From positions 29,822,001 to 29,886,000 of the forward strand of contig CM022671.1 in the NCBI GenBank assembly GCA_012295275.1: a DNA stretch of 64,000 nt, in the 5' to 3' direction. The position numbers and the translations under genes were made by a program. Position 1 is the stretch's first letter. Each line of letters begins with the position of its first letter. The notes under the pieces are model-generated. The model did no database searches and had not been told where the DNA came from. It saw nothing but the letters and a program-made list of their open reading frames with translations. Origin of the DNA: Chrysomallon squamiferum (lineage: Eukaryota > Animalia > Mollusca). Positions 43,866 to 61,605 of this stretch are shown in pieces.

Positions 43866-44366
43866 CAGTATACCCTCACCTGTTCGCGGTTCCCCATTCG
43901 CGGCCCCGCATATTCGCGGGTTAGGCTCTTAACCCTATCGCATCGTATGCTGGTATACCAGGCGAGCGTCATAACGTCATAAAAACAAATGCTCAATTCT
44001 AATACATGTGTTGTACGCATAGAAAATGACTTTACGGTACAGTAATACAGTATGGGTAACTATGCTATGCGGTGTTACTGTCCTCCTGTACTTACGTTTC
44101 TTTCTGATTAAAATATTGTTTCAGTACAAAATTAAAATGTGTTTACATTATCATTACTACATTAGTGAAATACATAACTGCATGCAATATTACTACATTA
44201 TTACTGTATTAATGAGTAAGAGTGTCTTTAGAAAGTGTTTGGGAAGCATTTAGTACCGTATATAATCTCATAATAGACGTTTTAAAACTGCATCCAATAT
44301 TCGCGGTTTTTCGCTATTCGCGGGGGGGTAAAGAACGTAACCCCCGCGAATAGCGAGGGAATACTG
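43866..44366. mobile_element. 501-bp Tc1/mariner-superfamily (Tigger-like) MITE
   Basis: TIRs CAGTATACCCTCACCTGTTCGCGG and CAGTATTCCCTCGCTATTCGCGG, TA on both sides. The paralogous site at about 30895 in unit 1 is empty. Confidence 0.9.
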
Positions 44367-44835
44367 TATAATAATGGGAAGAAGAAGGAGGAGAAAAAGA
44401 ATAGTAATTGCTCTTCTTATTCTTTTTCTTTCTAATTCTAATAATTCTTCGAAACACCATCATGATAAAATTAAAATAATAATTTGCTTTTATTTTAATG
44501 AACAGCCATCATAAGTGACATTATGAAATTTAACAGCACTGTGAAAATCCAGGCACTAAAATCTAATTTGAACGCTCTGTCATAGTATAGATGGAACTTG
44601 AATTGTCTGATGCTTCTAGCTGTACTCTCCAGTTTTTACAGTTGTATCCTGAATTATTTCCCTTTTCTGTTTCAGCCGTTACCAAAAGTCGGTACCTGTT
44701 CTTTCCTTTTTTAAATATAACACACTCACACAACACTATTATTAAAAACTAGTATTTTTTCATCATCAACTTAATCTAATTTGAAGGCTCTGCCATAGAA
44801 TAGATTGAACTTGAAATGTCTGATGCTTCTAGCTT

Positions 44836-45112
44836 CAGTGGGAGCATTCAGCAGCTGACTAAAACTCACCTTCTTAAACAAGTCAGAAGCCACGCATATA
44901 GCTGGTGCCAGATGCACGATAACATTAGTGGGTGAACACTTGACTAGACTGCACAAGCTGTTGTGCTCAGCTAGGCTGTAATTACAATTTTACCCTATAC
45001 ATTTATAATTTTTACCCATATAGGGTAAAATAAAAACAAATATTGATATTACTATATTTTTCATATTGCCCCCCGATTATTATTGAATTGCCCCCCACGT
45101 TGGGAATCACTG
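44836..45112. mobile_element. hAT (Charlie-like) non-autonomous element
   Basis: CAGTG...gttgggaatcaCTG termini; 8-bp target duplication ttctagct/ttctaact; empty site in the adjacent local duplicate at about 44614-44621. Confidence 0.75.
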
Positions 45113-45208
45113 TTCTAACTGTACTCTCTAGTTTTTACAATTGTATTCTGGATTATTTCCCTTTTCTGCTTCAGCCGTTATTGTTGTTTTCTTTAAAATA
45201 AAAATTGC

Positions 45209-45281
45209 AGCCCAACGTGGGGCTCGAACCCAAGACCCCGAGATTAAGAGTCTCGTGCTCTACCGACTGAGCTAGCCAGGC
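45209..45281 (-). tRNA. trnK-CTT: tRNA-Lys(CTT), U4/U73 variant with an additional G49U T-stem mismatch (possible pseudogene)
   Basis: a at 45233 gives U49:C65; otherwise the same as the array copies. Confidence 0.8.
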
Positions 45282-45384
45282 TTGTATAAGCATGTAATTG
45301 AATCCGAATGTAATGAAAACAAGCATTTTTCATTCTCGTGATTAGCTAAAATTAGATATAATGTAACAAATGCAGTTTTGCTAA

Positions 45385-45485
<101 letters not shown>

Positions 45486-45816
45486 GACACACGCACAAAC
45501 AGACGGAAAAACGTATTATCGAATTTTTGAATACATATATTTCTAAATATGACTGGCCACAAACTATATTTTACAACTCGTATTATTATATAAATATTTT
45601 ATTTTGTTATCATGCAGTTTACGTATTTTTTTAATATGGCATATATTTTTATTATCTTACATATCGATACAGATAAACGATTATAAGCCTTTTATTTCAA
45701 CATACTTTAAGTAAGATAATGAATTAAAACGTATTGAATAAAAGTAATTTTGCTAATCTCAGATATATTTTACATCTAATGACTACGAATACTACAAGCC
45801 AAAGGTCATGGAAACT

Positions 45817-46494
45817 TCACTTTCGTGTTTCAAAAATTATTTCGTATGGAGTGGGTCTACTAAGAAACCCGCCCTCAGCAGCTTTTAAATTTGGCTTCAC
45901 CCCGTGTGGAAGAGACACCTTGAACCTCCTCATGTAACCAGCCAACAGCAGGTGCAGTTCGGGTTTGGCTACGGACTCACCCAGACACACCCTGCGTCCT
46001 GCCGAGAAGGGCAACCAGCTGTCTGGTTTGGGTGCCATGTCGCCATTTTCGTCTAGAAATCTTTCTGGTTTGAACTTCTCGACCTCAGTCCACTTGTCAG
46101 GGTCATGATGTATCAACCACATATTTAGCAACACCAAAGTTCCTTTTGGAATATCGTAGTCACCTGTGAGAAATGATAACAAATAATACTAATAATAATC
46201 ATATAAAGAAAAAAAAAAGAAGAAAAAAAAAGAAATAGAAGTAAAAAGAGAAAGATTTACAGTGTATTTTATATAAACTGGTAAAAATAAATAATAAAAG
46301 AAAATGTCTGTAAGTCTGTCTGTCTGTCTGTATATATGTCTGCTCTCTCTCTCTTTCTCACCCTCGCTTCTACTACTTGCTTTGGTTCCACGGAATATAA
46401 ATTTACAAATAAATATATAAATACTACAACTACTACTACTACTTCTACACTACTACTACTACTACTACTACTGCTACTACTATAACTACTGCTG

Positions 46495-46536
<42 letters not shown>

Positions 46537-46847
46537 ATAATAATAATAATAACATAAATAAATAAATAAAGATCCTGCCTATTTTGGTGTCGCACACGGC
46601 GGTGCGCGGAACGCTGAGGGGCGCCACGGAAGACAACCTCATAACCTCATGGATGACGGCGTTCGTGTACGTCAGTTTGTTTCGATATTCCATCAGTATG
46701 GTGCCGTCATTTGCTTTAACAACAATATCAAACGCATTTAGAATGACCGTAAAATTCACTACAATTAATGTTATAAAACAGTATTTAATTTTATTAATAA
46801 TTACACTTCGTAAGCTAGATTTCATTATTGCATTTTATTTATTTCTG

Positions 46848-46908
<61 letters not shown>

Positions 46909-49108
46909 AAACAACAAAAACAATAATAATAACAGCATTAACAACAACAACAATAATAATAACTATAACAACAACAGAAACAACAACAACAAAAATATTA
47001 ATATTAATAATAACAATAACGACGACGACGATATTAATAAAAACAACAACAACATCAACAACATGCAAAAGTATGTAAATAATTATAATACTTACGCAAG
47101 ACTTGGTCAACTTCAGCGTGAACCTTAGACTGGATTTCGGGATACGCAGCCATATACAACAGAGCCCAGTTTAGTGTGTAACGTGTTGTATCAATGCCAG
47201 CTAAAATATAAAAATAAAAGTTATAACTATTTTAAATATTAAAAAAAAAAAAAAAAAAATTAGTCACAAATTAAAAATACGTAAATAAATTTATTATCTC
47301 TTTCATTGTTTCAGATACGTATGATGATGGTATCAAAAGTTATTGAAATATTTTACCTCCAACGATGTCACCAACAGTTTGTCTAACATGTTCGTTTGTT
47401 ATCTGTGACATCACCTTTTCATCCTCCTCGTCCATAGCTTCTTTCTGAGCGAGCAAAATACTATCAGTAAAGTCTCTCAAGTTGTCTGAAGAAAATGATA
47501 TTCTGTTAGTCAAACAGTTACTTAAGAAACGTCAGAGGTAGTAAAAAAAAAAATATATATATACATACAGGGTGTCCCATAAAATTCCATACATAGGGAA
47601 AATAAACGTTTTTATACGAAAAACCATTTTTATTTATATAACATGCTCTACATGACTGCCATTATGTTGAAAACACATTTCAGTGTGTGTCCTCCACTGC
47701 TGAAGAACATGTTCATGCATAGCTGGAGTTATCCTTGTAATGGCGTTGGTGATACGTTGCTTGAGATGATTTTTGTTTTGTAACTTTTCCTCATACACCA
47801 TGGCCTTCAGGTGCCCCCAGAGGTTAAAAACAAGTGGGGTAAGGCCTGGGGATCTGGGAAGTCATTCCACTGGACCACGCTGACCAATCCACGCACCTGG
47901 AAACTGCTGGTCTAACCACTGACGTACGTGAATACCAATACAATGTTAAAAACCATACGTATGGAAACTTATGGAATTTTTTAAATGAAAAGCTGTTTTC
48001 AAAATGGTCTTCTAAGATCTAAACCAGAAATTAAACACATAAAAGGCAACTTTGAACAGAATACAGGTGTATATATACAAAAATATAGTGTCCAAAAATA
48101 TAGAATTTTATCATATCGTGCCACTAGTTAAAGTGATTATACGTATGTATATGCCTTTAGTCTCTTTTGTCACACGTACATGATTTGAATTCCTGAAAAA
48201 TATATATATTTATAAAAAAAAAATATTAAAAAAAAGAAAACGGCCATGAAATTACCTTCAGAAAATGTTTTTCTATGGTCATCTATGAATACGTCTAACA
48301 TGGTAAACAGCTCGTCAGACACTTGCCTCAGTCTTCTCATTAGTTTGGTTGGGAAAAGACGCAATGGCGGAATAATGTCTTCCAAAGGTCCATTTCCAAT
48401 CAGGCTGAGAAATTCATCAAACAAGTCAAGCATTTTGTTAAACAGTGGATCATCTGTAGAGTATCTGAAAGGTAAATTTAGACATATATTGAAACCCTTC
48501 TTAACGATTTAAACAATGGTTTATTTTCTTAACGAAACCTTTCAAAACATCAGTTTTAAGGCATGGTTTGTATACAGTTAAATTTTTAAAATTTAACACA
48601 ATGATTTTAACCTGTGATTTGTAAAATTAGCATTTAAAAAATTATTTGGTATCCGAAGTATTCCTCATTTTCTACACGTATAATTGCATGCAATTTTGTT
48701 GCACTACTTTTGTTTTGATTAGACTTGATACTCGATTGATTTCATGTCCTACTTAATGTTTATAAAATTCAAACTTTACTGATTCTTCTCCTACTTAACG
48801 TTTATCAAATTCAAACTTACGTTTCACCGAAGCAGACACCAAACAGAATGTTGAAGGCAACAAGAGAATTAAACTTGTGTGGGTTTACGGGTCCTTTCAC
48901 TTTTTCAATGGCTTCTATAAAGTTCCGAAGTGATTCGGTGAGTTTGTGTTCCAGATGATCACCAGATATATAACGTCTGTAAATAATTTATTAAACATGT
49001 CACTACATTGTACATGAGCAATAAGTCAAGGGATAATTAAAACTGCAGTAAAATATTTTTATACTTCTAAATATTAATTCGAAATGCCTCGACATTTTAT
49101 ATATATAT

Positions 49109-49179
<71 letters not shown>

Positions 49180-49401
49180 TTGCTGTAAGTTAAAATATCG
49201 CGGAGTAATACCTCAGAGCTTTTGATGCCAACTTCCGGTGGAAACGCCACGTTGCATGGTAGTCACCAAAAATGATACTTTTACCTCCGTCAGTGAGCTC
49301 GACAGCTGAAACGTAAAACATATCTGTTGTTGTGACACATATATATGTATGTGTGTGTGCGTGTGTGTATATGTGTGTGTGACTGTGTGTGTGTATATGT
49401 C

Positions 49402-49434
<33 letters not shown>

Positions 49435-49467
49435 GTCTGTGTATGTATGTATGTATGTTTGTATGCA

Positions 49468-49528
<61 letters not shown>

Positions 49529-49853
49529 TTAAAAATAATAAAATAAAATAAATCTTTCACTGGAGTAAGTCTGCGGACGTCCAGCGAAGTCTACTTGTTT
49601 CTTTAGGAGAACTTCCAGTATGACGTCAGTGTCATTCATCGTCACACAGCGAATTGGTCCTGTAATAAAATATATTCACTAACTATCTGCAGTCTATTCT
49701 AGAATGATAATATTAAAAATTAACTGTTTTAAGAATTAAATAAAGCGCGACAAATTCGTGAAACTGGTTGAGAGATTTTTAACTGTGGCATGAGACCACT
49801 GACTAAAAATAAAAATAATGCAATTTACAAGCACTGTAACCCAGTTTGCATCA

Positions 49854-49885
<32 letters not shown>

Positions 49886-50312
49886 CGAAAAATCAGGATT
49901 AATGATTATGATTCAGTAGGTAAATTGGTTATTTTAACTTTTTATCTGAATAATCTTTTAATATCTATTTCAAGCACATTTCTAAGTTTGCGAAGTTATT
50001 TAAGCATTACAATTGATCGAGACTCGATGATTTTTAACATATTTACAGAGCATTTTAAACTATCTGTATTTTGTTTTCTTCTTCTTCTTCTTCTTTTTTA
50101 AATCATTACTGAGAAAAAAAAATTTGTTATATAAATAAATTTTGAATGTTATCGTTTTTGATGATGCAAAATCTTAATATGTTATTTCATTTATATTTAA
50201 TTTTTAATTTCAGATAATAATAAAAAGAAAATCATTGATCAGTGATTATGCCCTAAATTAAATCGATGACAATCTGGTTAAAGTGCATCTCAAAAGTATT
50301 ATAGTAACAAAG

Positions 50313-50344
<32 letters not shown>

Positions 50345-50823
50345 AATAAAATCAGTCAATTAGGTGCACATAAGGAATCGGACATCTGCTTGATAAATAA
50401 ATAATTAAACAAATAAATAAATTGTAAAAATAAGATATTTATCCAGGATATTTTATACAAATTCACCGGTATACGTTTTTCCTTTTTAGTTTAAAATATT
50501 TAATTTAGTGTATAAATATAAATGTTCTCAGTGCGTATCGATGATCATCTTTACTTTGTTAAATCTTAATTTGAATGAAAAGTATATATTTTTTATATTA
50601 TAAAAACATTCTAACCAAGGTAGACGGTTATAACAGATCCATATATCTTCCTCCATTCCGCTAGTTTCTGGTAGATCGGAATTCCCCTGAAAGCTGAAAT
50701 AAAATAAAATGAAATGAACTGAGCTGAAATGAAATGAAATAAAATGGAATAAAAATAAAAATAAAAATAAAAATAAAAATAAAAATAAAAATAAAAATAA
50801 AAATAAAATGAAATGAAATGAAA

Positions 50824-50866
<43 letters not shown>

Positions 50867-51018
50867 AATAAAATAAAATAAAATTAATATTTAAAAAATT
50901 TGGTCACTTTTTCTTCAAAAGAATGCATATTTTATCTGTTTTGATTTCTATACAAAACGAACATAAAATAAAATATATATTAATAAATTAATAAATAATG
51001 AATATGATGATGATCATC

Positions 51019-51066
<48 letters not shown>

Positions 51067-51268
51067 TAAACAACTATCGAAATAAATAATGGATTTATCA
51101 AAATTTCTCACATAAGACGTTGCCAAGTAGTGGAAATGCATAAGGCCCAGGAGGCAGACGGTAACGTTTACGTAGTACGTAATATGCTGTTAAACCGAAC
51201 ACGATCGCCACCAGGAACGTTTTCGTGGTCGTTGACGTGGTAGCTACGTAATTCTGGATTCCTTCCAT
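45817..51268 (-). CDS. CYP17A-like: Cytochrome P450, CYP17-like, copy C (inverted, more divergent), about 502 aa. Coding exons 51268-51112, 50693-50616, 49659-49561, 49305-49212, 48976-48821, 48464-48256, 47485-47357, 47200-47096, 46713-46579, 46163-45817
   Basis: Same exon sizes and phases as A and [13 protein letters not shown]...[40 protein letters not shown] donor at the last intron. Probable non-coding exon 1 ends at 51932 (CAGG|GTAAGC). Confidence 0.92.
47568..47974 (-). mobile_element. Internally deleted Tc1/mariner-superfamily element with a C-terminal transposase fragment, in CYP C intron 7
   Basis: TA|CAGGGTGTCCCATAAAATTCCATAC terminus with a partial inverted copy at 47954-47974. 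Minus strand translates [45 protein letters not shown]...[10 protein letters not shown], a decayed WPPRSPDLTPLDF motif. Confidence 0.9.
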
Positions 51269-51542
51269 TATTCTCTGAAATCACAGATCATCAGTCTGCA
51301 GACACCGTGTTTATATAACTTACGTTGGAAATTTAAAAAAAATATATATATAAGATTTACATTCAAGTGGGATGAAAATAGAATTCATATATATTCACGT
51401 AGAGGTAATTCAGATTAATGCCAGAAATGTTATTAATCACGTACTTGTATTTAGTTAAAACTAGAAAAATGTTGTTTAGCTGAAGATGCATTATTGTAGG
51501 CATACACTAAAAAAGAAAGACGCATACTTATTTCATGAAAGC

Positions 51543-51599
<57 letters not shown>

Positions 51600-53002
51600 C
51601 AACAACAACAACAACAATAACAGTAATAATAATAATAATCTATAGACGGCATGAATTTAAATACTTCAATATAAGGCAGATCTCTTCTTCTTTTTATCTT
51701 TATTTATTTATTTATTTTTGTTCTACGTGACAAAGACTAACCAATGTTTAATGAACGATTAATTTAGAGTAACTCTAGTGACAGCTGAGCAGTTAACATA
51801 AAAAAAAAAAAAAAGAAACAAAAAAAAGAAACAAAAAAAAGAAAGACATTTAAAAAAAAAAAAAACTTCGTTCTTATAAACACATTGGACATAAATGATA
51901 AAATTATAAAAAGAACAAAACGTTTGCTTACCCTGTTTGTTGGCTTTTGCCTGCAACGATATTTCTGAGACGCTTCTTAATGCAACTTTAAAAAAATCGG
52001 TTGGGTCTGAATATACAGCGACAAAAACATGTAAAGTACAATACAGCGTGGAAACACACAGTCGTTGAGAGAAACTCCGGACAAATTGACCAATGAATGA
52101 GATTTAAATATTGGCAGTAAGGTTTAAATATAAGAGTACCACTCATGACCAGGTTACAGAAAAACACACCGAACGTAACAGTTTGTTTCTGTTGATGAAT
52201 TATTTATTGTTATTTTTGCTAATGTTGCTTATCTGTACCGGAACTACCAGTGAAATAAGAGACAAACGAATAAAACAAAGGACAAAATGTTTGATATAGA
52301 AGAATAAAAACGTGAACCCTGTATACAAGAAATTAACAACACCACCATCAACAACAGTAAATAAATAAACACAATACAATTTATCTATAGAAACACCTAA
52401 ATATATACAACAGTAGTAAATAACAACAAAGACTCTGAGATTTTTTTTTTGTGAAGTATCTTTATTGGTAACGTTTAAATAATAATAATAATTTATATTC
52501 AACTTCGAAAACTATCAGAGGTTATAAAACAATTCAGTATTACTTGCTTCAGCTTAAATTAATAAATTTAAACAATCATATTTCTAACTAACTAAATAAA
52601 CAATTTCGTTAGGCACAATTTTAGAAATTAAACGATTTTTATAGAAAATATCAGTAGTAAAAAAAAAAAAAAAAAAAAAAAAAGACATCAATAACAAAAA
52701 ATAAAATAAAAAATCAGAAGAATAAAATAAATAAGTAAGTAAGTAAGTAAATAAATAAATTAACAGAGTTGGTCTGTGTTGAATGTGTCTAAAACTCCTC
52801 AGTCAAAATTCATAAACAGAAAAGAGTACTGGCTTGCAAAGATGACAGACATAATTTGAAAAACGTAAATTGCAAGTAGAACGAAAAATGAATAAATATA
52901 ACTAAATAAACAAGTATAGAGAGTTAATTCTAAGGAAGTCGAAAATCTATTTCTGACTTTTTCTCTCTTTTCATTTTCTCTAGTTGTGGACCCGGAATCT
53001 CG

Positions 53003-56562
<3,560 letters not shown>

Positions 56563-58639
56563 GACAAGTCGACTCGAGAGTCGGGAAAGCACTGTTAATA
56601 AGACACTGTGACGATACTCTGTCAGTTTTTGTTTACTCAGACAATTGTTCGGAGCGTCTCTGCGTTATTTATTAGAAAGAAAAGGGTTAGTGATATCAGG
56701 GTAAATCTTTACGAGTCAGTAGTAGTATTTATACTTCACTACTATCGCGAACCTAGTGACGTATTATGATACATTGATAGTGTTGTAAACATGTAACGCC
56801 GTTGTACGTGGATATTCAATCAAAATATACTTTTGAATTTTCGTTGTAGCCTAATAAAATTAGTGACTGCATTATTATTATTATTATTATTTTTTTTTTT
56901 TTTTTTGTTGTTCCTTTTCTTATTTTACTAATAGAAAACTAGTTCCATATAATAGCATAATGTCTAACACAATTTTCTGCCGTACTTTAATTCTTTCAGT
57001 TAAAAACTGATGTCATTTCATAATAAAATTACATCAAACCACACCAGTGAAGCCCCTACCCTTCAAAAAAAAAAAAAAAAAAAAAAAAAATTCATCTCTT
57101 TCCCTTGATTGGCTGATCTCTAATATTAATGAATTTCAACTACTATGCTATCAGTATAGAAGAATTACATTTTCAATCAAAAAAAATAATAATAATAATA
57201 AAAAAATAAAAAAAATTAAAATTATATAAAATGTCAAGAAATATTTAAATTAAAGTTATTCAGATTATTTGGTTGTTTTAACCCTTTTCATTAATAATAT
57301 AAATAAAGGCCAGAGTTGGATTTAAATTTTGGAAAATGTAGATGACATTTACCTTAGTTACAGAACATATGTCTGTACATCAATTGAATTTGGCTCCTTC
57401 GTATCAGCATACCATAATCTTTTATTTATTAAAAAAACAAAACAACAAAAGAAAAAAACACACACCCCAAAAAAAACAAGCAGTAATAAAAACCAAAAAA
57501 AACCAAACCCCAGAAAAAAAGTGCTACATAGTCATGTGCAGCCATTGTCTGTTTTTCTTTAAGTGTATGCAGCAACAATACCATGAAAAACTCTCATTTA
57601 AGTTCACCATGCTTGAACCAGAATCTTCAATACGAGAATCCTGTGCTCTGTTCACTGAATTAAAGTAAACATTCCTACTAGTTTTAGTTTACAGCAGGCA
57701 AAACAACCTTTTTGATAATTGGGTCACATGACACATCACTCTATCATCTAACAGGCTGCATTACTAATAAACGTTATTTTTGTTTAACTGGTCCATAGAA
57801 ATGCTTTGTACTGAACCACTACATACATGTTAATAAAATACATCTATTTCTAAATAAACTTTGAATATTTTAAATCTGGCAGCCAAACCTACACAGTCAT
57901 GAAATAACATCTACCCTAGGTTAGGTGATTTGTATCTAAATTTTAAAAAGTCACAAACCACAAAAAACAGTTTAATTAAAAAGGAAAAAAACAAGAAACG
58001 CCTATGAGAGTTACACATTTATTTTTGGGGCACCCATAATTGCGCAAGGTATGTATATACACAATTTGTAAGTACAGTGCATTGTCAAAACAGGTAGAGA
58101 TATACTGAGGAACTAATTCACACAGACAATAAATATAATGTGCTTCTTGCGGTTGTTAAATTTTATAATATACTATTGTGACCAATTTTGAAAAAAAAAT
58201 TTAATGCTATTTTCTGTTTTTAATTTGTGTATCATCACACCCAGGTTTTGACAACAGAAGTAAGTAAAACACTAATTTAACACAAGCTGTTTTGTAGTAA
58301 GTAAGAAATTTAAAATGGATAAAACCTATGTCTAGTAGACAGACAGTACATAATACAAATTTTCAACAAGCAACTGTTATTTGCCATTGTCTCTAGATCA
58401 TTAACAATATTATACATTTGTGTGTACTGTAATTTTTGACAGTATCAAAAACAAACTTTTAAAAATGTTCTGTAAAAACCCTTTCCACAGACATACAAAA
58501 ACCAAAAAGATTTAAAAAAAGCATTTTTAGTTTGTTCAGATGTATAAAAATCTTGCTAACATATTTCTAACAATCTAATGTAACCATTCTTTGTTAATGT
58601 AATGTGCTGTTATACTACTAACATACTTACATAACTGGA

Positions 58640-59150
58640 ATCACAGATATCTAATGCAGCCACTGCTGAATTTAACAATAATTTATCATTTCTAATGTCA
58701 ATGTAATCACTTCTTTTGTCCTAACAAAATCACATTTCTACTGTAATGCTGCTAACATAATTATATTTCCAGTATAATCATCCTGCTAACAGTTATATTT
58801 CCAGTATAATCCTGCTAACATAATTATATTTCCAGTATAATCCTGCTAAAAGTATTACCCTGACTGTGTCAGTCATATTTCTGATGTAGTCCTAACAAAA
58901 TGAATAAAAACTTAATCCTATTAACAGAATCATATTTCAACTATAATCCTACAAACAAAATCGTATTTTGACCATAATCCTATAAACAAAACTAATTTTC
59001 TACAATAATCCTGGTAGCAAAATTACCTATTTTAATCCTAACAGATCATATTTCTACTGTAATAATATAAATGAAATCGCCTTTCTACTCTAATTCCTAA
59101 AACTTAACCTTTCTACAATAACCTTAAAAACATAGCAACATTTCTACTAA
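58640..59150. repeat. Degenerate ~28-30-bp minisatellite; best-preserved core 58749-58848 (CTGCTAACATAATTATATTTCCAGTATAATC)
   Basis: Three near-perfect copies flanked by increasingly decayed units. Confidence 0.7.
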
Positions 59151-61530
59151 AAGAATCATAAATTTTAAATATGTTCAGATGAACATTTTATACAACAACA
59201 CGGAGTAATTATTAAAAATGAGTTGTTAACTAATCGAATCACAGATATTAATTTTGTTCCTGTGGCAACTTTGCATATTGCTAAAATAATTGAAATATAA
59301 TTCAGTTAAAACAAAACATCCCTTTAACATACTCAACTAAAATAATCAATTATTGTTGTAATAATACAGTACACTGCATATTACTGAAATAACATTCAGC
59401 TAAAACAATTTATCTATTGTGGTAATAATATGTCATATACTGCATATTACTAAAATATTTTTAACATTTGACTTAAACCGATAAATCAGTTTTGACTAAC
59501 AATATATGCTTTATAACACTTAATATATTCAGCTAAAACAAATAAACCTGTTATGTTTGTTATAATATGCCATATTGCATATTATTAAAATAACTTTTAA
59601 CATATTTTGCTAAAACAAATGACTTATTATTTGACAAGAATGAGCTACTTACAAACTAACTTTATTCCAGTGAGCTGAATTGAGATCAATGGACAAGTCC
59701 TTATTAATTATTATTATTTACTAATACTGCATTTAATTATTAAAAAACCATAATGGAGAATGGTTATTAAACAATAACACATCTCAGTTTTAAACTTTCA
59801 TCAGTGACTAGTTATTAGCATAATATATGTATATATTATATGTACAATCTCAGCAATTACTCATTTCAATTGTTAATAGGAAGATTATTCTAAACTCTCC
59901 ACATGATTTGAATGTTGTTGTTTTTTTTCACAATCTGTATCTGAATTTATTTCCATGTATTTTCAGTACAAAGTCAGAAACAGATTTCCTGTGGACACAG
60001 ATTTTTTGAAAAAAATATTTATCAAGGAAATTAAAAAAAAAAAAATTTTTAGCATTATGGTTATTTTCTTAAATGCAGTTGTTGAATTTAATCCCTTTCA
60101 TATGAGTAAATACAAACATCCTTTCTTTTATGATACCAAGCCAGATGAGAATTTTAAAATACTTCAAGATCCATTATCAGTCAACCTAAAACCTTAGCAT
60201 TAAATTCATCCACAGTTAACTTATTTACAATGGCAGGTTATTTTTTTTCTTATTTTTTTTTTCCCAATTATTTGTTTAGCTAAAATGCATACGTACATTT
60301 CTACCTTATTTATGTGCCAGTGCAAAGAAAATGAAAGAAAACCATACTACTCTATTATATAAAAGCACCACACACTACACTAAATAGTTGCATAGTCACA
60401 TGTTAATTTACTAAACTGAAAAATCTAACAAGAAACAGAATATGTCTATCAACACTCCTTCAAGTAGAAAAAAGAAAAAAGGGTCATCCATAAAGATCAT
60501 ATGCTTGGAAGAGGAAGCTGGTTGAGGTAAGAGATAATTACAAAGAAAATTACATGGAGACACATTTTTAATAAAAATAAAACAAATCAAAATCTTTGCA
60601 GCTGAAAACTGCACCAATGTTTACTTCTTGGTAGAGTATCACCAATTAAAAAGAAAGAAAGAAAAAATGGTCTTCTGTTAAATATTTTATATTAAAATGT
60701 CTGATGTAAAATGCATGCAGTCTACATTTATGACTGTATTTGATCGAAGATCTGTTTGGCAAGGTACATGAAAAAATCCAGATTCTTGTGTGCAGCTATA
60801 TGTATCAGATCATTTAACTTGGACAGGAGGTAATCCTGGATTTTGAATTTTACATGTATTTCATGAATGTCCCTTAAAAGTCTACAAAAGTTGTAAAGAA
60901 TAAAAGAGAAAATTTATCTGTACAAAGAACAATATTGTGAGTAAATTCACACAGAAATATTCTTTAAATAGCTATTTTTTTTCCCCAAGATTATTTAATA
61001 AAAATGTTTTATTTCATTTTAATATTTATTTATTTACTTATTATTATTTTTTTCTTTTGGATAAAATATATTTATCAGACTATGACGACATTTTAAACAA
61101 ATACAGTTCAGGTTACATGAAGTTATTTATAATCTTTAAATTGTCATATGTAAACATATATTAACTGTTTGAATGACTAGGTCAATAAAACCAATAATCT
61201 TTAAGATATAGAATCAATTTGCTTTTTTTTTACTTTGTTACATAATGTTTTCATTAAAAAAATACCAAGAAAAAAACCTTCATAAAAACCAGTAAATAAT
61301 AATAATAATAATAATAATAGTAATAATAATAATAATAATGTTTCAATATAACATTTTTTTATATATATTTTTTAAACTTATCTTTATTTGATAATTTATT
61401 CATTTAAATAGTTATTGTTTTCATTATATTTGATGGTTTTTTTTTTTTTCCTATTTCAAATAAAGTTTAGTGTTACATGTGCTGGAAAATGCAGAGAGAC
61501 TATTTACATAAAATTATTTAGAAAAACAAC

Positions 61531-61568
<38 letters not shown>

Positions 61569-61573
61569 AAATG

Positions 61574-61605
<32 letters not shown>

